Positions 1 through 14,446 of a stretch of DNA of 64,000 nt are shown piece after piece. How positions within the stretch are numbered: the stretch's first letter is position 1; every line of letters begins with the position of its first letter. Position numbers and translations under genes: made by a program. Origin of the DNA: Eledone cirrhosa (lineage: Eukaryota); NCBI GenBank assembly GCA_964016885.1, contig OZ024751.1, positions 37,944,001 to 38,008,000 of the forward strand. Reading direction: 5' to 3'. A model generated the notes under the pieces. The model did not search any database, was not told where the DNA came from, and saw only the letters and a program-made list of their open reading frames with translations.

Positions 1-44
<44 letters not shown>

Positions 45-45
45 G

Positions 46-105
<60 letters not shown>

Positions 106-106
106 G

Positions 107-151
<45 letters not shown>

Positions 152-685
152 GATATATGTATATATATGTATATATGTATGTGTGTAGATGTATGTATAT
201 ATATAAACAATCATACATATGCATATATAGAAATTATACATATAACGTATATGTATGTCTGCGAGTGCATATTTTGTATACAACATATACAACATTTATA
301 TATTTTTTCATGAGAAAGATTCCATAATTTATCTGGCATGTATAGGAAGAAAATTAACCACAATAACAAGTATCTCGCTTTGAACTCCACTGCCCCTCAT
401 TCTGCCAAATATCAACCAATACAACGCGTTCTTTGATGCTATTTTCTTTTGATAGCTTAAATCAGATTCATTGACTTTTTCAAAATATGAGACTTGTTGT
501 TTTTCATTTCGTGTTGTTGTTGCTGTTGTTGTTGTTGTTGTTGTTGTTTTTGCTTATTTCTTTTTACGCTCTTCTATTAACTAATATAATCTACATACAT
601 AATATGGCCGCCAAAGTTTTCTGCTACAATCCAACAGCAACAACCTTTTATATATTAACATATGAAAAATAAATAAATAATACAT

Positions 686-730
<45 letters not shown>

Positions 731-952
731 CAATATAATATATAATATACACATGTATGTATGTATATATAAAGTATGTACTTGTTTTCCTCGCCGACAC
801 TCCAGTATATAATTAGGGTCATAGGGTCTGTTAAGTTGACGGAGGTTAAATAATAAATATGTAATTTAGTTTTTATTTCCAACTCACAACGTTTTCCGTG
901 TTGAATTGTTTTACATGAAAATTAATAACAAATATATATGTGTGTGTGTGTG

Positions 953-1065
<113 letters not shown>

Positions 1066-1095
1066 TGAGTGCGTATCTGTTTGTGCGTGTGTGTT

Positions 1096-1145
<50 letters not shown>

Positions 1146-1419
1146 TTGTTTGTATGTGTATGCAAATACACATACACAAGTGTATATCTGCTTGTATGCA
1201 TATCTATTTCTATGTAGGGTTGTATAGATACCATGCTTTCTATAATGCTGTTTACTGCTTTTTTTTTCGAACATAAAAATGTGAATATACAGAATATCCT
1301 CAAAAACTGAAATATTTCCAAATATTCAGAATATATATTTTAAAGGGATATACACATAGACAAACATACACGTGCTAAACACCCACCTACGTATATATAT
1401 ATATATATTTTTTTTTTCC

Positions 1420-1690
1420 ATTACCATCGAAAGGCGTCTGACGAGCCGCGGATTACAGAGTCGGGATAGATCGATACACATCGAACCTTGAGCTGATCAG
1501 TGGCGAAACGCGCGTCGCGAACCAATGAAAGTAATGAAGGAGTAACCAATCGTCCTTGTTATTTTATTTCACTATAATACACTCTGTATAGCTCTACACC
1601 TTGACACTGAAGTGAACCTAAACATCGAGTGCTCACCCGGGTGAACCTACAGTAACTCCAAGTTACACTCCCTGGTGGATTTATCTGGAT
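1420..1690 (+). mobile_element. Penelope-like pLTR fragment, family C (hammerhead plus 3' tail)
   Basis: Lies between (TA)n tracts. Hammerhead core, then tail 'aacatcgagtgc...gaacctacagtaactccaagttacactccctgg', which recurs at ~4375-4403, ~25715-25740 and ~35880-35970. Confidence 0.7.
1433..1520 (+). ncRNA. Type I hammerhead ribozyme motif with long stem II
   Basis: CTGACGA (1438-1444); stem II GCCGCGGATTA/TGATCAGTGGC; GAAAC-GCGC-GTC (palindromic stem III, GUC site at 1516). Stem I is only about 3 bp. Confidence 0.75.
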
Positions 1691-1835
1691 ATATCTGGAT
1701 ATATCTGGATATATCTGGATATATATATATATAATATTATATAATATTTATGTTAAATGTGTCCTCTTACATTAGATTAAGCGTTGTTTTACTTGATCTT
1801 TTATCTACGGATATTCTGTACACACACACACACAC

Positions 1836-1882
<47 letters not shown>

Positions 1883-2209
1883 TTTCGTGTGTTTGATGAG
1901 TATGAGTTCTAAATTGCATACCTTTACAAAATCCTTCTATCAATGTTCCTATATATATCGATGCTGCGGATAAAGCTCAGGGAAAAATATATTAGTAGGG
2001 ATTACAGTCTTCTACAAAATAAACTCTTCTATGGTTTCTACACCAATAGAAAGCTGGCTAAACGTGCTTAGATATGAATAGTAACAAAACTATTTTACTC
2101 CTAGATAAAGAACCTTTGATCTGGACGCAACAAGACCTCTTCAAAAAGACGTGAGACGTAAGTATGAACAATGTAACGCGGAGTTTAACATATCGGTGGA
2201 GAGTTACGA

Positions 2210-2480
2210 AGTGCGTGGCTTAGTGGTTAGGGTTCTAGACTATCTTTCGTAAGACCATGAGCTGTGTCTTTGAGTAAGACACTTTATTTCACTTCTCTTA
2301 GCTGTGAGAAAATGAATTGTACATGTAATCGAAAGGGCTACCTTTGTTTTGTTATATACTGTGTCGTGCTGAATCTCCCTGAGAATAAGTTTAGCATTGT
2401 GAAAAGCTTATTACTTTGCACACTAATATCATGAGCCTGTTGTCTCGTTGTTCGAACTATTGGAACACTGATCATGGGAA
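2210..2480 (+). mobile_element. Degenerate tRNA-derived SINE
   Basis: A-box-like 'gtggcttagtggttaggg' followed by 'tgtgtctttgagtaagacactttatttcac'; related copy at ~46840-46950. Confidence 0.55.
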
Positions 2481-2920
2481 CCAATACAGGATAACAACAT
2501 ATACACAACGAGTGGTGAGAAATAGGTCTCTTGATTATGTTGAGAGAATTCTAGTCCTGACTATTGAGACGGAGATCAAACAATAACGGAAGCAAGAAAA
2601 CAACTGTATCACCTATTTCGTTCACGATTCACAAGCACGGAATGAACTAAATGTATTGAGAGAATAGCTAATGTGATTTGGGGGAGGAGTCCTAGAAATA
2701 TCATGTGATAAATTACATTCTCTGTACAATAAATATGTGTAAATGTGTGTGTGAGAGAGAGGTGAGTCCCGCTGCTGTTGTTGTGCGTTTAAGTGAGTGG
2801 GGAGGGATAGGTATGTTATTGTTTCACGCGTACATGTGTGTGTCATATACATAGTGAAAGATACACACATAAAATACACACACATGTATAGTATACACAT
2901 ATATATGTATGTGCGTATGG

Positions 2921-3033
<113 letters not shown>

Positions 3034-3874
3034 TGTGGAGAGAAAAACAGTGAGAAATGAATACATAGATAGATAGTCAGATATATGTACATACGTTTAT
3101 ATATCCCTCTCGCTCTATGTATGTATATATGTATGTATATGAATAAATATATATATAAATAAAACCTACAAATTTACACATACATATGTATGTGTGTTTG
3201 AGTGCATATGTGTGCATGTGTGTATGTATATGTGTGTCTGTGTGTGTGACATTGAGAAAAACAGAACAAGGTTATAGAAAGACAGATCATGTAGGATAGT
3301 TAAAAGGAACATCAGTAACAACACCCCTTTATTCTATTACAGATATATATGTTTAAATATCACATTTTCATTCGGGTCATTGATGACATTTAGGTTTCGC
3401 ATGGTTCAATCCACCATTTATATGTTAAATATATATCGCCTATATTAACTAATACAATCTACATATGTAATAGATAGCTTCTCGTGAGACAACTACAATG
3501 AACCTGAAAAGCATCATCAGTGCAATTAAATCCTCTGATCACTGTTTTAATCTCTTCCAACTATAATTACAATCACACGGTTTACAGTGTTACTGAGTAC
3601 AAACAACTTTAATAATAGATACATCTTTAGATTGTTGTGTATTGTGTAGGCAGGAGAATCGCTATTTTGTTTTTCAGTTTAAAATATATAACTATTTATG
3701 ATGTTAACACTCACACATTCCGTTCTTTGCGTGTATAAATACACACCCACTCTCACATATAGAGACATCAACACACAAAACAACACACATCTATCTATCT
3801 ATCTTTTAATCTATATCCTTATATACAGGGTGTTCCAAATGTCACAATACCATTTTATTTAATACATATATATA

Positions 3875-4062
3875 ATGGTTTCTTTTTGGCACAAGGTCAG
3901 CAATTTACCAGTGCATTACTGGTACTTTATGTTATCGACCCCTTAAGGATTAAAGCCAAAGTTAACCTCGCCAGGATTTGAACTCAGAATAGCAAGGGCC
4001 GTAACTCAATGCGTCAAAGCATGGTGTCCGACCCTCCACCGATACTGCCAATCCATCGCCCT
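3875..4062 (-). mobile_element. tRNA-derived SINE with Meta-like central domain
   Basis: Reverse complement has A-box 'tggcagtatcgg', B-box 'gagttcaaatcc' and 'ggggtcgataacataaagtaccagtaatgcactgg'; many copies in the window. Confidence 0.8.
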
Positions 4063-4183
4063 CATATAGATATATATAATGGTCTAATGAATTGGAACAC
4101 CCCCCACCCCCATGGTTCCCCCCATCTCTCTGTGTCTATATATATATATATATGTGTGTGTGTATGTGTGTGTGAATGAATTA

Positions 4184-4247
<64 letters not shown>

Positions 4248-4254
4248 TATATTT

Positions 4255-4400
4255 ATAATGAAATAAAATAACAAGGACGATTGGTTTTTCCTTCATTACG
4301 TTTATTGGCTGGTGGCGCGCATTTCGCCACTGATAAGCTGAAGGTTCGATCTCTATCGATCTAATCCGGCTGAATCTACAGTAACTCCAAGTTACACTCC

Positions 4401-4403
<3 letters not shown>
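4255..4403. mobile_element. Family C pLTR fragment with internal inversion
   Basis: 4255-4370 is the reverse complement of ~1460-1575 (3' half of the hammerhead). 4375-4403 is the family C tail in + orientation. Flanked by (TA)n. Confidence 0.7.
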
Positions 4404-4447
<44 letters not shown>

Positions 4448-6746
4448 TATATATATATATTTGATGTGAAAATGGGAATAGCAAAACTTACATATACATT
4501 ACTATACATTACTATACATTACTATACACTACAGAGTCTTTGATAAATCTCTTGTGCTAAACTAATGCCTCGCTGAACCGATATACTTGGTGTCTTTATC
4601 ACGTTCTTCAGGTGATCGACTGTCTTCAATTTTTGAATTCTTACCGATTGAATAAGTCATTTGTCTGCCGTCTGTAATTTAATCGTAAATGGTGAATGTT
4701 GCTTCAAACGCTTTTGTGTCGTTATTTTTTCCTGACTAATTTTTTTTCTTTTTATACTTATATGTCTCTAATACCCCGCTGTCTCTATTCCATTACATCT
4801 TTTATTTATTTATTTATGTGTTTATATATGTTCTTGTTTGTTGTTTATATATATATATATATATGTATATATTTATCTATTGGGCATATCGAACAGATGC
4901 ATGCGAACATTGTAGTTCTGAATGCAAGGTAAAAGTTGACATCTTTATAAATCATTGTTGAATGTCATGGCTGTATTATACATTGACTAAATTATTGATA
5001 TATTATCAAAGACGATCTCCTTTAAGTTCCACATATAGCGAGATAGTGATGCCAGTTGTTTTTATTATTATTTTTATTATTTATATCCTTTTATTCTAGT
5101 ATTACTACTTGTTTCTTTGTATCTGTGAACGATCCTTTTGTAAAGACTTTTATAGTCTTATATTTGGTAGCATCTTCCCCGCTGGTCTTTATATTTCGGT
5201 ACACTAGTAACTGTGTACTACATTTATATGAGATATAGATATCGAGAAAATTACTGGGTATTTATTTTTACTATACGAGAATTTGGATAGTGAGATATTG
5301 TATTACCTAGCAACAAACAAAATACTAGACCGTCTCCTTCTTTATCTCTGCTGTTCTTTCTTGTCCTCCTCTCTTTGGTTCTCTCTCTCTCTCTCCTTCC
5401 TTCTTTCTCTTTCTACATCTCTACCTCACTGTCGTTATCTCTGTCTGTCTGACTATGCATGTATATATGTATGAGTGTGTGTCTGTGTGTATGTGTACAT
5501 ACATACATATATATACATATATATATATATATATACAATCAGATACATATGTATAAGTTGTGTGAATGTGTGCGTGTGTACCCGTGGACAGATAAGCACC
5601 CACCATCTTTACATTACCATTACATGCAGTATATGATGACTGTACCACTACGATTTCATCAAAAATCGAGGGTCCACGGTTGGTCGTGAATATATTACTG
5701 AGTATCGTCAGAAGAAACCAGTATTGAAATACGGATAATTCATTTAGGAGAATGTATTTTTCTTCAGATTCGATAAAATAGCTCTCAGCCAAGTAAATCT
5801 ATTGAATACTCTTCATTCTATATAGGATATTAGCTCTAATCAAATGCAAATATTCGAAATTATGAAAGTATCTCATCATATAATGCCTATTTTTATGTAT
5901 AGTTTTCTGAATGTTCTATAAAATGCATATCTGGTCGAGCAAATGCATTTAGATTGTATCAACCTCGTTCTTTATATAATATTTTGTCTAGTCCGACGAA
6001 ACCAGTATAGAAATACAAAGCAGCGGAATGTATTTTCGGTCAGATACCGCTTTCTACGCGCTATCTCTTCTCTTCTATACACCATAGTTACAGACAATTT
6101 TCTCAACGCAACCGATTGCCTGGAAAAGATCAAAAGCAAACTGCATGGTTATTTCTTAATTCAAAATTAACCATTTACACATTCTTCCATATTTCCTTAA
6201 CGTAATATTTCTAGCAATATACGTAATACAGAGAAAATGTTTCTGTAGGAACTGACAATTCCTCTATAATTGATGAACGGTTTACATAAAATATCCATTT
6301 TACTCTCCTCCATCAAAATAATTCTCGTCCTCCGTTTCGTCGTGCTTCTCTCATGTTTTTAATTATTTCTGCTCATATTCCTGAAAAGTTCTCCTCCCCT
6401 CCATTACAACCAATATTCTTTTATGTTTTATTATATTCCTTCTTATAATATTATATCATCTCTGTAATTATGTCACCTTCTTCAGATCTTTGCTGCCATC
6501 TTCTTCAGTGAATTTCCAACGTCCTCTTATTTCTTCTTTCTTCTTAGTTTTCACTAATTTTCCTAACTTATTTCCGACATTAATCAATCTTCCGTGCTTG
6601 CTTCCTTTACTGTAATATAATATAAATAGCTCATGTCTATATACATAACAGTATATATTTATCAATATGTATCTACATAAACATGCCTATATATATTGCT
6701 AACACGCATGAAAACACCAAAACGTAAATGGTCATATACTGATGTA

Positions 6747-6828
<82 letters not shown>

Positions 6829-6869
6829 GTATGTGTGTATACGTGTCTGCAAAAAAAGGCAAACAGTAA

Positions 6870-7010
6870 TAACAATATTAGTTTTACTTGATATAGTAGG
6901 GAAAGTGTCTTAATGTTTCGGTCGCTTGTCCTTCCTCAGAATATAGAATGAGAAATTAAAGATGAAATAGAAAGATTGAGAGGACTGGGTAGTGGCAAAA
7001 ACGAAGATAG
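6870..7010 (-). mobile_element. Degenerate hammerhead-like pLTR fragment
   Basis: Reverse complement 'ctgaggaaggacaagcgaccgaaacattaaga' (6908-6939) after a pyrimidine-rich tract; similar to + strand 60385-60415. Confidence 0.4.
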
Positions 7011-7144
7011 AATTTTCTAGAGAAAAACAGGCCTATTCACGTGTATATACATTTAGTGTTAACCTCTGTATCAGATGAGATTTTATCTATCTATAGAAGT
7101 ATAACAAACCAATAAATGTTAAGTACCTACAACTTTGTAACATT

Positions 7145-7224
<80 letters not shown>

Positions 7225-7459
7225 CACACAGATACATGCGGACACACACATATATACATGAATGCATCCGCACCCAACTGTGAGTTAAGGGTGCCAACTT
7301 CACCGATGTTGCTCAATGAATGACTGGGACAGACCAATTCAGTTTGAACTAGACTGAACCAGTATCAGAGTTAAAAATACATTATGAAGAGAGAAGAAAC
7401 ATTTAGATATAATTAGTAATAAAATGTATCATACCCAAACTGTTCCTAAATTCCTCGAC

Positions 7460-8252
7460 TACGTAGTTTCGTGGCATAAACAAAAACAATATATCAAAGA
7501 TATAGAGTCCTTGCGAGGTCTGCCGACTTATCAAGAGGATACCTCATTTTACTAGTCTCAAGAACGCGTCTACACGACGTGAGAAAGAATCCCAAAAGGC
7601 GGAGGGGGAGATAGTCACGCGATATAACGGTCGAGAAACAGAGCTAAGCCTCTTATAACCACGAAGAAAATACCACGGAGGCGGAGGGGGTATTCATATC
7701 GAGGCCGCAGAAGAGGTAGTGAAGAAGGCGAGAAGTATGAGTAATGGAAGCTTTCCAGTTGTCCCCACACTTCAAAGATTGCTCGACCAGAGGGAGTTAT
7801 TAATATATTTAGAAACACACAGATACATGCGGACACACACATATATACATGAATGCATTCATGTATATATGTGTGTGTCCGCATGTATCTGTGTGTTTCT
7901 AAATATATTAATAACTCCCTCTGGTCGAGCAATCTTTGAAGTGTGGGGACAACTGGAAAGCTTCCATTACTCATACTTCTCGCCTTCTTCACTACCTCTT
8001 CTGCGGCCTCGATATGAATACCCCCTCCGCCTCCGTGGTATTTTCTTCGTGGTTATAAGAGGCTTAGCTCTGTTTCTCGACCGGTATATCGCGTGACTAT
8101 CTCCCCCTCCGCCTTTTGGGATTCTTTCTCACGTCGTGTAGACGCGTTCTTGGAGACTAGTAAAATGAGGTATCCTCTTGATAAGTCGGCAGACCTCGCA
8201 AGGACTCTATATCTTTGATATATTGTTTTTGTTTATGCCACGAAACTACGTA
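7460..8252. repeat. Near-perfect ~790-bp palindrome with no spacer
   Basis: Arms mirror around 7855/7856 (gaatg|cattc). Identical 125-aa ORFs on both strands. At least one substitution and one indel between arms. Confidence 0.95.
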
Positions 8253-8280
8253 TATATATATATATATAGAGAGAGAGAGA

Positions 8281-8367
<87 letters not shown>

Positions 8368-9985
8368 TGAGCGAGAGAAAGAATATGGGAATAACAGGAA
8401 AATCTCCCCTAATATTGGATTGCTTTTTTTTATTGATTGATCTCGACAAAATAAATAGGTTATTCACCTCAGCGAGTTTTGAACTCACCGAGTAGAGAAA
8501 TGTAAAAAGATCCATAGACTCAGCCAACTGATAGACATTACATCCACCCAACTACATTATAATGTTTGTATAGTTCTATATACCTCTTCCACATAATATA
8601 ACAGCAGACGTCATTACATAGAAGTAGAACGTTATGCAACAGTTCATAAGACGTCTTAGTGTTATTCGATTAAGGAACAGCTGGCGCTCAAGAAGGGCTT
8701 CACTCGTAGAAGAACTAAATATATTATATACTGCAGATTTACATTGTAATTACACGTGCATTATTTTGGACGGTTTCAACATACCCACCATCAGTTTATC
8801 GATTATTTTCACTCAGCTTGTATTATTATTGCCGTTACTATAACAACAACTATCGATGTAACGCTTGGAGTCTTTTGTGAAAACCTCTGAAGCTGATTGT
8901 TGTTGACAATAAATGAAAAGGCGTACGTACGCACGTTAGTTCGTCAGTACGTTAACACACATACACCTGCACAGATATATGCATATATACATACACATAT
9001 GTATTTTGATACGTACAAAGATATGTGTCTGCCTGTGTATATTATGCATGAATACTAAATGTGTTCTGAGTGTACTTTGTACTTTATAGTATATCTAACG
9101 ATAAAAGAAAGGAAACACAATGTGGAAACTATTGTAAAATGTGCAACAGGTTTAGTGTAATATGTCGGTTCTCTTTATTGATGTCTCTCCCAAAATATCT
9201 ACAGCAGTTACAAGAGATGTTATATTCGTGGTTGCTGTCTAGCAAAACCAGTGAAGTAAAAAGTACAGCTGCCATAATTTGAGTGCAATGCAAAGCTTTG
9301 AATATATTGCTAGATATTTCAATAGCAATTGTTCGCTCGTTGTATCTGATGATATAACAAGCTTGATATAACGATTTCATATGACAATGACAATATACAA
9401 GATCATATAATCTCCAACAATATTTCACATCGTAAACATATTATGACACAGCAGTGACGTTTACAGAACTGACAAGAAGTTGATATTCATATTCTGAAAC
9501 ATACACAATATATAGTCTTATATAACAATATTACAGAAGAGGAGAGATTAACATATAGATTAATAAAAACAGTGTGTGAAATGGTGATTCAATTGTTATA
9601 TTGATTGTTATAATGAGATTTAGATATTTACATAAAGTTATATGTATAGGTAAATTCATTGAGTATACACCATAACGACAGCCGTCGTTGGACTATTGAG
9701 TATGATTTGGTAGAATGTATCATGCTTTCGTTGCGGGTTGTAGTTGCCCGTAGAACGGGACCATTACAGAAAAACCCCTGTATGACTCACTTCTTCGGTT
9801 CAGTGGAACATTGACTCTGTGATAGCTGGAAGAAAAGGGGACTGCACAACATGGTAAATTATTTATTGACCCCGAAAGATAAGATGGATATCGGTGAGAT
9901 ATGAAATCTGAAGGTCCAAACGTGCAAAAATACCCAAGTGTCTAACAACGATGGCATATCAAAATACTTACACTCCATATATATA

Positions 9986-10064
9986 CAGTGTTCCCCAAAA
10001 ATGTATACATATATACTTCACCACCAATTTAATCAAAGTGTGTATACATTTTTGAGACATCCTG
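9986..10064. mobile_element. Tc1/mariner-type MITE
   Basis: TA|CAGTGTTCCCCAAAAATGTATACA ... TGTATACATTTTTGAGACATCCTG|TA: imperfect ~24-bp TIRs with TA flanks. Confidence 0.65.
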
Positions 10065-10101
10065 TATATATATATCTATATATATGTATGATTCTCACAA
10101 A

Positions 10102-10183
<82 letters not shown>

Positions 10184-10350
10184 GGTGTTTCGTAATTTAA
10201 TGGCTTAGACCTACTTGCAGGTATGTAATAGCGTTGCAACTTATGTCTATACTCTTATTCAATTACCAATATATATATATATATATATATATACATAGAC
10301 AACAACTAATATATCTATATATATCTGTATATATGTATGATTCTCGGTAA

Positions 10351-10393
<43 letters not shown>

Positions 10394-10624
10394 GACAACT
10401 AATGGTTGTACACGTAGATTTACAGGCTTTCTGGATAATCAAATTGTTACGTTGATTTATTTGATTAATGATATCATATCGATATTTCGATAAATTAACT
10501 GAAACATAGACGAATATATAATACATAGGAATTATGTATTAATAATATTTAACGGTATTTATATCTAATAAAATAAACAATATCGTTTTAGTCAATTACA
10601 GGCGTTATTTATATATTTTCATTA

Positions 10625-11321
<697 letters not shown>

Positions 11322-11323
<2 letters not shown>

Positions 11324-11512
11324 TCGGTGGATTGGCTGTATCGGTAGAGGGTGGTGACGCCATGGCTTTGCAACAAAGAATTACGGTCCATTATGGTATA
11401 AGATCAAATCCCGCCAAGGTTAACTTTGCCTTTCATCCTTACGGGGTCGATAAAATAAAGTACCAGTAATGCACTGGGGTAATTGTTGGCCTTGTGGCAA
11501 AAGTTGAAACAA
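11322..11512 (+). mobile_element. tRNA-derived SINE (Meta-like domain)
   Basis: 'ggtggattggctgtatcggtagaggg ... gatcaaatcccgccaaggttaactttgcctttcatccttacggggtcgataaaataaagtaccag'. Confidence 0.85.
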
Positions 11513-11513
11513 T

Positions 11514-11551
<38 letters not shown>

Positions 11552-11707
11552 TATATAGAAAGAGAGAGAGAGAGACCCAACGACCCTCTCAGGAATAGGT
11601 GGGCGAAGAAGAATATATATATATATATATATATATATTTATTAAAATAACAGATTAAAGTTTAAGCAAAGAATCGCTGCTTTCACCCTTATATATATAT
11701 ATATATC

Positions 11708-11810
11708 TAACGTTTGGATTTGTACATAGGAGAAGTACTCAATACGAGAATAGTGTAGTGTACAATGTTTTCTTATTGCACTGGAATTACTCTCTGTTTC
11801 ATATTACAAA
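11708..11810 (-). mobile_element. pLTR-like tail with 3' half of a hammerhead
   Basis: Reverse complement reads 'gaaacagagagta' ... 'aataag' ... 'attgagtac' ... then (TA)n. Confidence 0.45.
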
Positions 11811-12349
11811 TATATGTATATGTGGGTGAGAGTAAGAGAATGAGCGTGTGCGTATGTTTGTGTGTGGGTGTGTGTGCATGAGAGAGGAGGGGTGAGTGGT
11901 AAAGAGAGTTACCAGCAAAATAATGAAGAATGGAGATTGTATGACTCATAGATTAAGTAAAGGATGAATCCTCTGAAAACAAAAAGTTGAGAAAATATTT
12001 CAATATACATATGTATATATTCTCTATTGGAGACATGGAGAGTTTTCACAGTTGCTTTCCATCAGTCATTCACACGAACAAGTTGTTCTCGGTTTCAAAA
12101 CCAATCGTTTATACCCATCAAAAGGTTGTTGTTATTATTTAATGCACTGTTGGTAACCATACACAGCAAATCAATACACTTACATGCATTAAATATATGC
12201 AAGACAATAGATTTATAAATGCATGCATACACTTGTAAGCACGCAATTCTGCATTCACGTAACTAAATGTGTCTCATCCGTGTTGCGTCCGGTTTTTTTT
12301 TTTTGTGTTTTCTAAGTGTGTATAATTCTGCCCATTATATATGTATGTA

Positions 12350-12464
<115 letters not shown>

Positions 12465-12950
12465 GTTTCCTTTAATGTGCTTTGGTTTCAAATCTTGTTC
12501 ATAGTTAAGCTGTGGGCTATTTCTATATTCTGCTTATGTCGCAGGTAGCTTCGTATTTTTAGGTTAAGCAAGTATATTCGTTTTATATTATTTCTCATTT
12601 ATTTGCTGTGCCATTACTCCGTTAGTTTGATCAGGTTAACCATTCCGTTAATTCATATAGGGTTTGGATTCGATGAATTAGTGATTGGGGAGCTTTCGGT
12701 TCGTTAAGTAAGATAAGGTGTAGATTAGTTTAATCGCTGGGTAGCTGTGGATTGATGTAGAATCATTTACGTCGGAGTTAAGGCAATTGCCGGTCTTAGT
12801 CATGTATATGATACTGTGTGGACTGAGAGCCTTGTTGATTGGCTTCCACATAACCCCTTCTCTGTATGATCGGCTTTTATTGCAATTGATTGTGGTTATG
12901 TATAACACTGAATTGGTGCAGTTTGTTTAGGTTAAGGCGATTGACAGACT

Positions 12951-12985
<35 letters not shown>

Positions 12986-13023
12986 GCACACACACATATA
13001 TACACACACATGTACACACATGT

Positions 13024-13060
<37 letters not shown>

Positions 13061-13062
13061 AA

Positions 13063-13256
13063 TAGCTAAAGAGTCAGGAGCCCGACGTCTGAGTTCCGGC
13101 CATTCGACTGCTAGGTCTGAACCTAGCTGAACCTAGCTCTCGAAACGGCTGGAGCTCACCCGTCGGGGTCCAGACTCTTTTCCCATTACCCACTCTACTA
13201 ACCAATATCGAGTACTTTGGTGCGCTATGGTCCAACTTACCACACTTCCTTCGTTT

Positions 13257-13258
<2 letters not shown>
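13063..13258 (+). mobile_element. Family B pLTR fragment with inverted 5' part
   Basis: 'aagagtcaggagcccgacg ... cgtcggggtccagactctt' hairpin; 'gaaacggctggagctcacccgtc' (hammerhead stem III); 'atcgagtac' tail. Homologues at 22751, 24762, 53144 and 57672. Confidence 0.65.
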
Positions 13259-13322
<64 letters not shown>

Positions 13323-13450
13323 AAGTTATATTTTAAATTGTTGGGTTACAACTAGTAAATATTTATAACTGATATAAAAGCACTCGACAAATATTTGGAG
13401 TATATTAACAATATTAAATAAATGGAAAACTATATTTATAAAACCATATT

Positions 13451-13516
13451 TATTTCATTATATATATTTCGGGGATATCATATTAACAATATGCTATGCC
13501 TTCATCAGACAAAATA
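13451..13516 (-). ncRNA. Type I hammerhead ribozyme (family A)
   Basis: Mirror copy of 13693-13758. Confidence 0.7.
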
Positions 13517-13692
13517 GAATATAAACAGTTTTATAGATAAATAGATTCGACATACCGTAATAAACACCGACTTCATTTGAAGAGGTTTACGCTAGCAGTA
13601 AACCTCTTTACTGCTCGCGTAAACCTCTTCAAATGAAGTCGGTGTTTATTACGGTATGTCGAATCTATTTATCTATAAAACTGTTTATATTC

Positions 13693-13758
13693 TATTTTGT
13701 CTGATGAAGGCATAGCATATTGTTAATATGATATCCCCGAAATATATATAATGAAATA
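13693..13758 (+). ncRNA. Type I hammerhead ribozyme (family A)
   Basis: Stem I TATTTTGT/ATGAAATA; CTGATGA; imperfect stem II with inner CATATT/AATATG; GAAA-TATATA-T-A (palindromic stem III). Confidence 0.75.
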
Positions 13759-13796
13759 AATATGGTTTTATAAATATAGTTTTCCATTTATTTAAT

Positions 13797-13831
<35 letters not shown>

Positions 13832-14404
13832 CCTAACTAGATTCAAATTCAAGGTAGCATTAGAACTCATACATATATATATACTGTTAAATTTAAATTT
13901 AACATAAATGAACTATTAGCACAGAACATTTAAATGTACGCCCAAGCAGTAACACAACAGATTACATGGCTTCATATTTCATATGAGAATCGATATAAAT
14001 TTTTTACAGGTATTATGAAGACTTATCATTTAGTAGATTTAATATGAATTAAATATTCTTTGGACAATCCTTGCTTATTGATAACTGAAAAAATATGCGT
14101 TTCCCTTGTGTGTGTGTGTGTGTTTGTATACATGTATGTGCAGGTGTGTGCGTGTGTTAATTGAAATAAATGTACTTGAAGATGATTGATAGATGTGTGT
14201 AGTGTGTAACAGAGTGTTTGTTATGATTGAGGTGTGCGTTAATGTCCTTGTATGTATGTATGTATGTGTGTGTATATATGTATATATATATATACATATA
14301 TATATGGATGGATATATATATATATAGAGAGAAATAGATGTATATATTTATATATATTAATATGTATATATATGTATATATATGGATATACATATGTATA
14401 TATG

Positions 14405-14446
<42 letters not shown>

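Larger units (their letters stand above)
13320..13801. mobile_element. Family A pLTR element folded into a ~395-bp palindrome (13408-13801)
   Basis: Arms mirror around 13604/13605 with a 4-nt spacer; one hammerhead on each strand; flanked by (TA)n; homologous to 22906-23183 and 33513-33795. Confidence 0.8.

Noticed and set aside
7615-8096. Identical 125-aa ORFs on both strands
   Set aside because: A direct consequence of the palindrome; no recognisable protein features.
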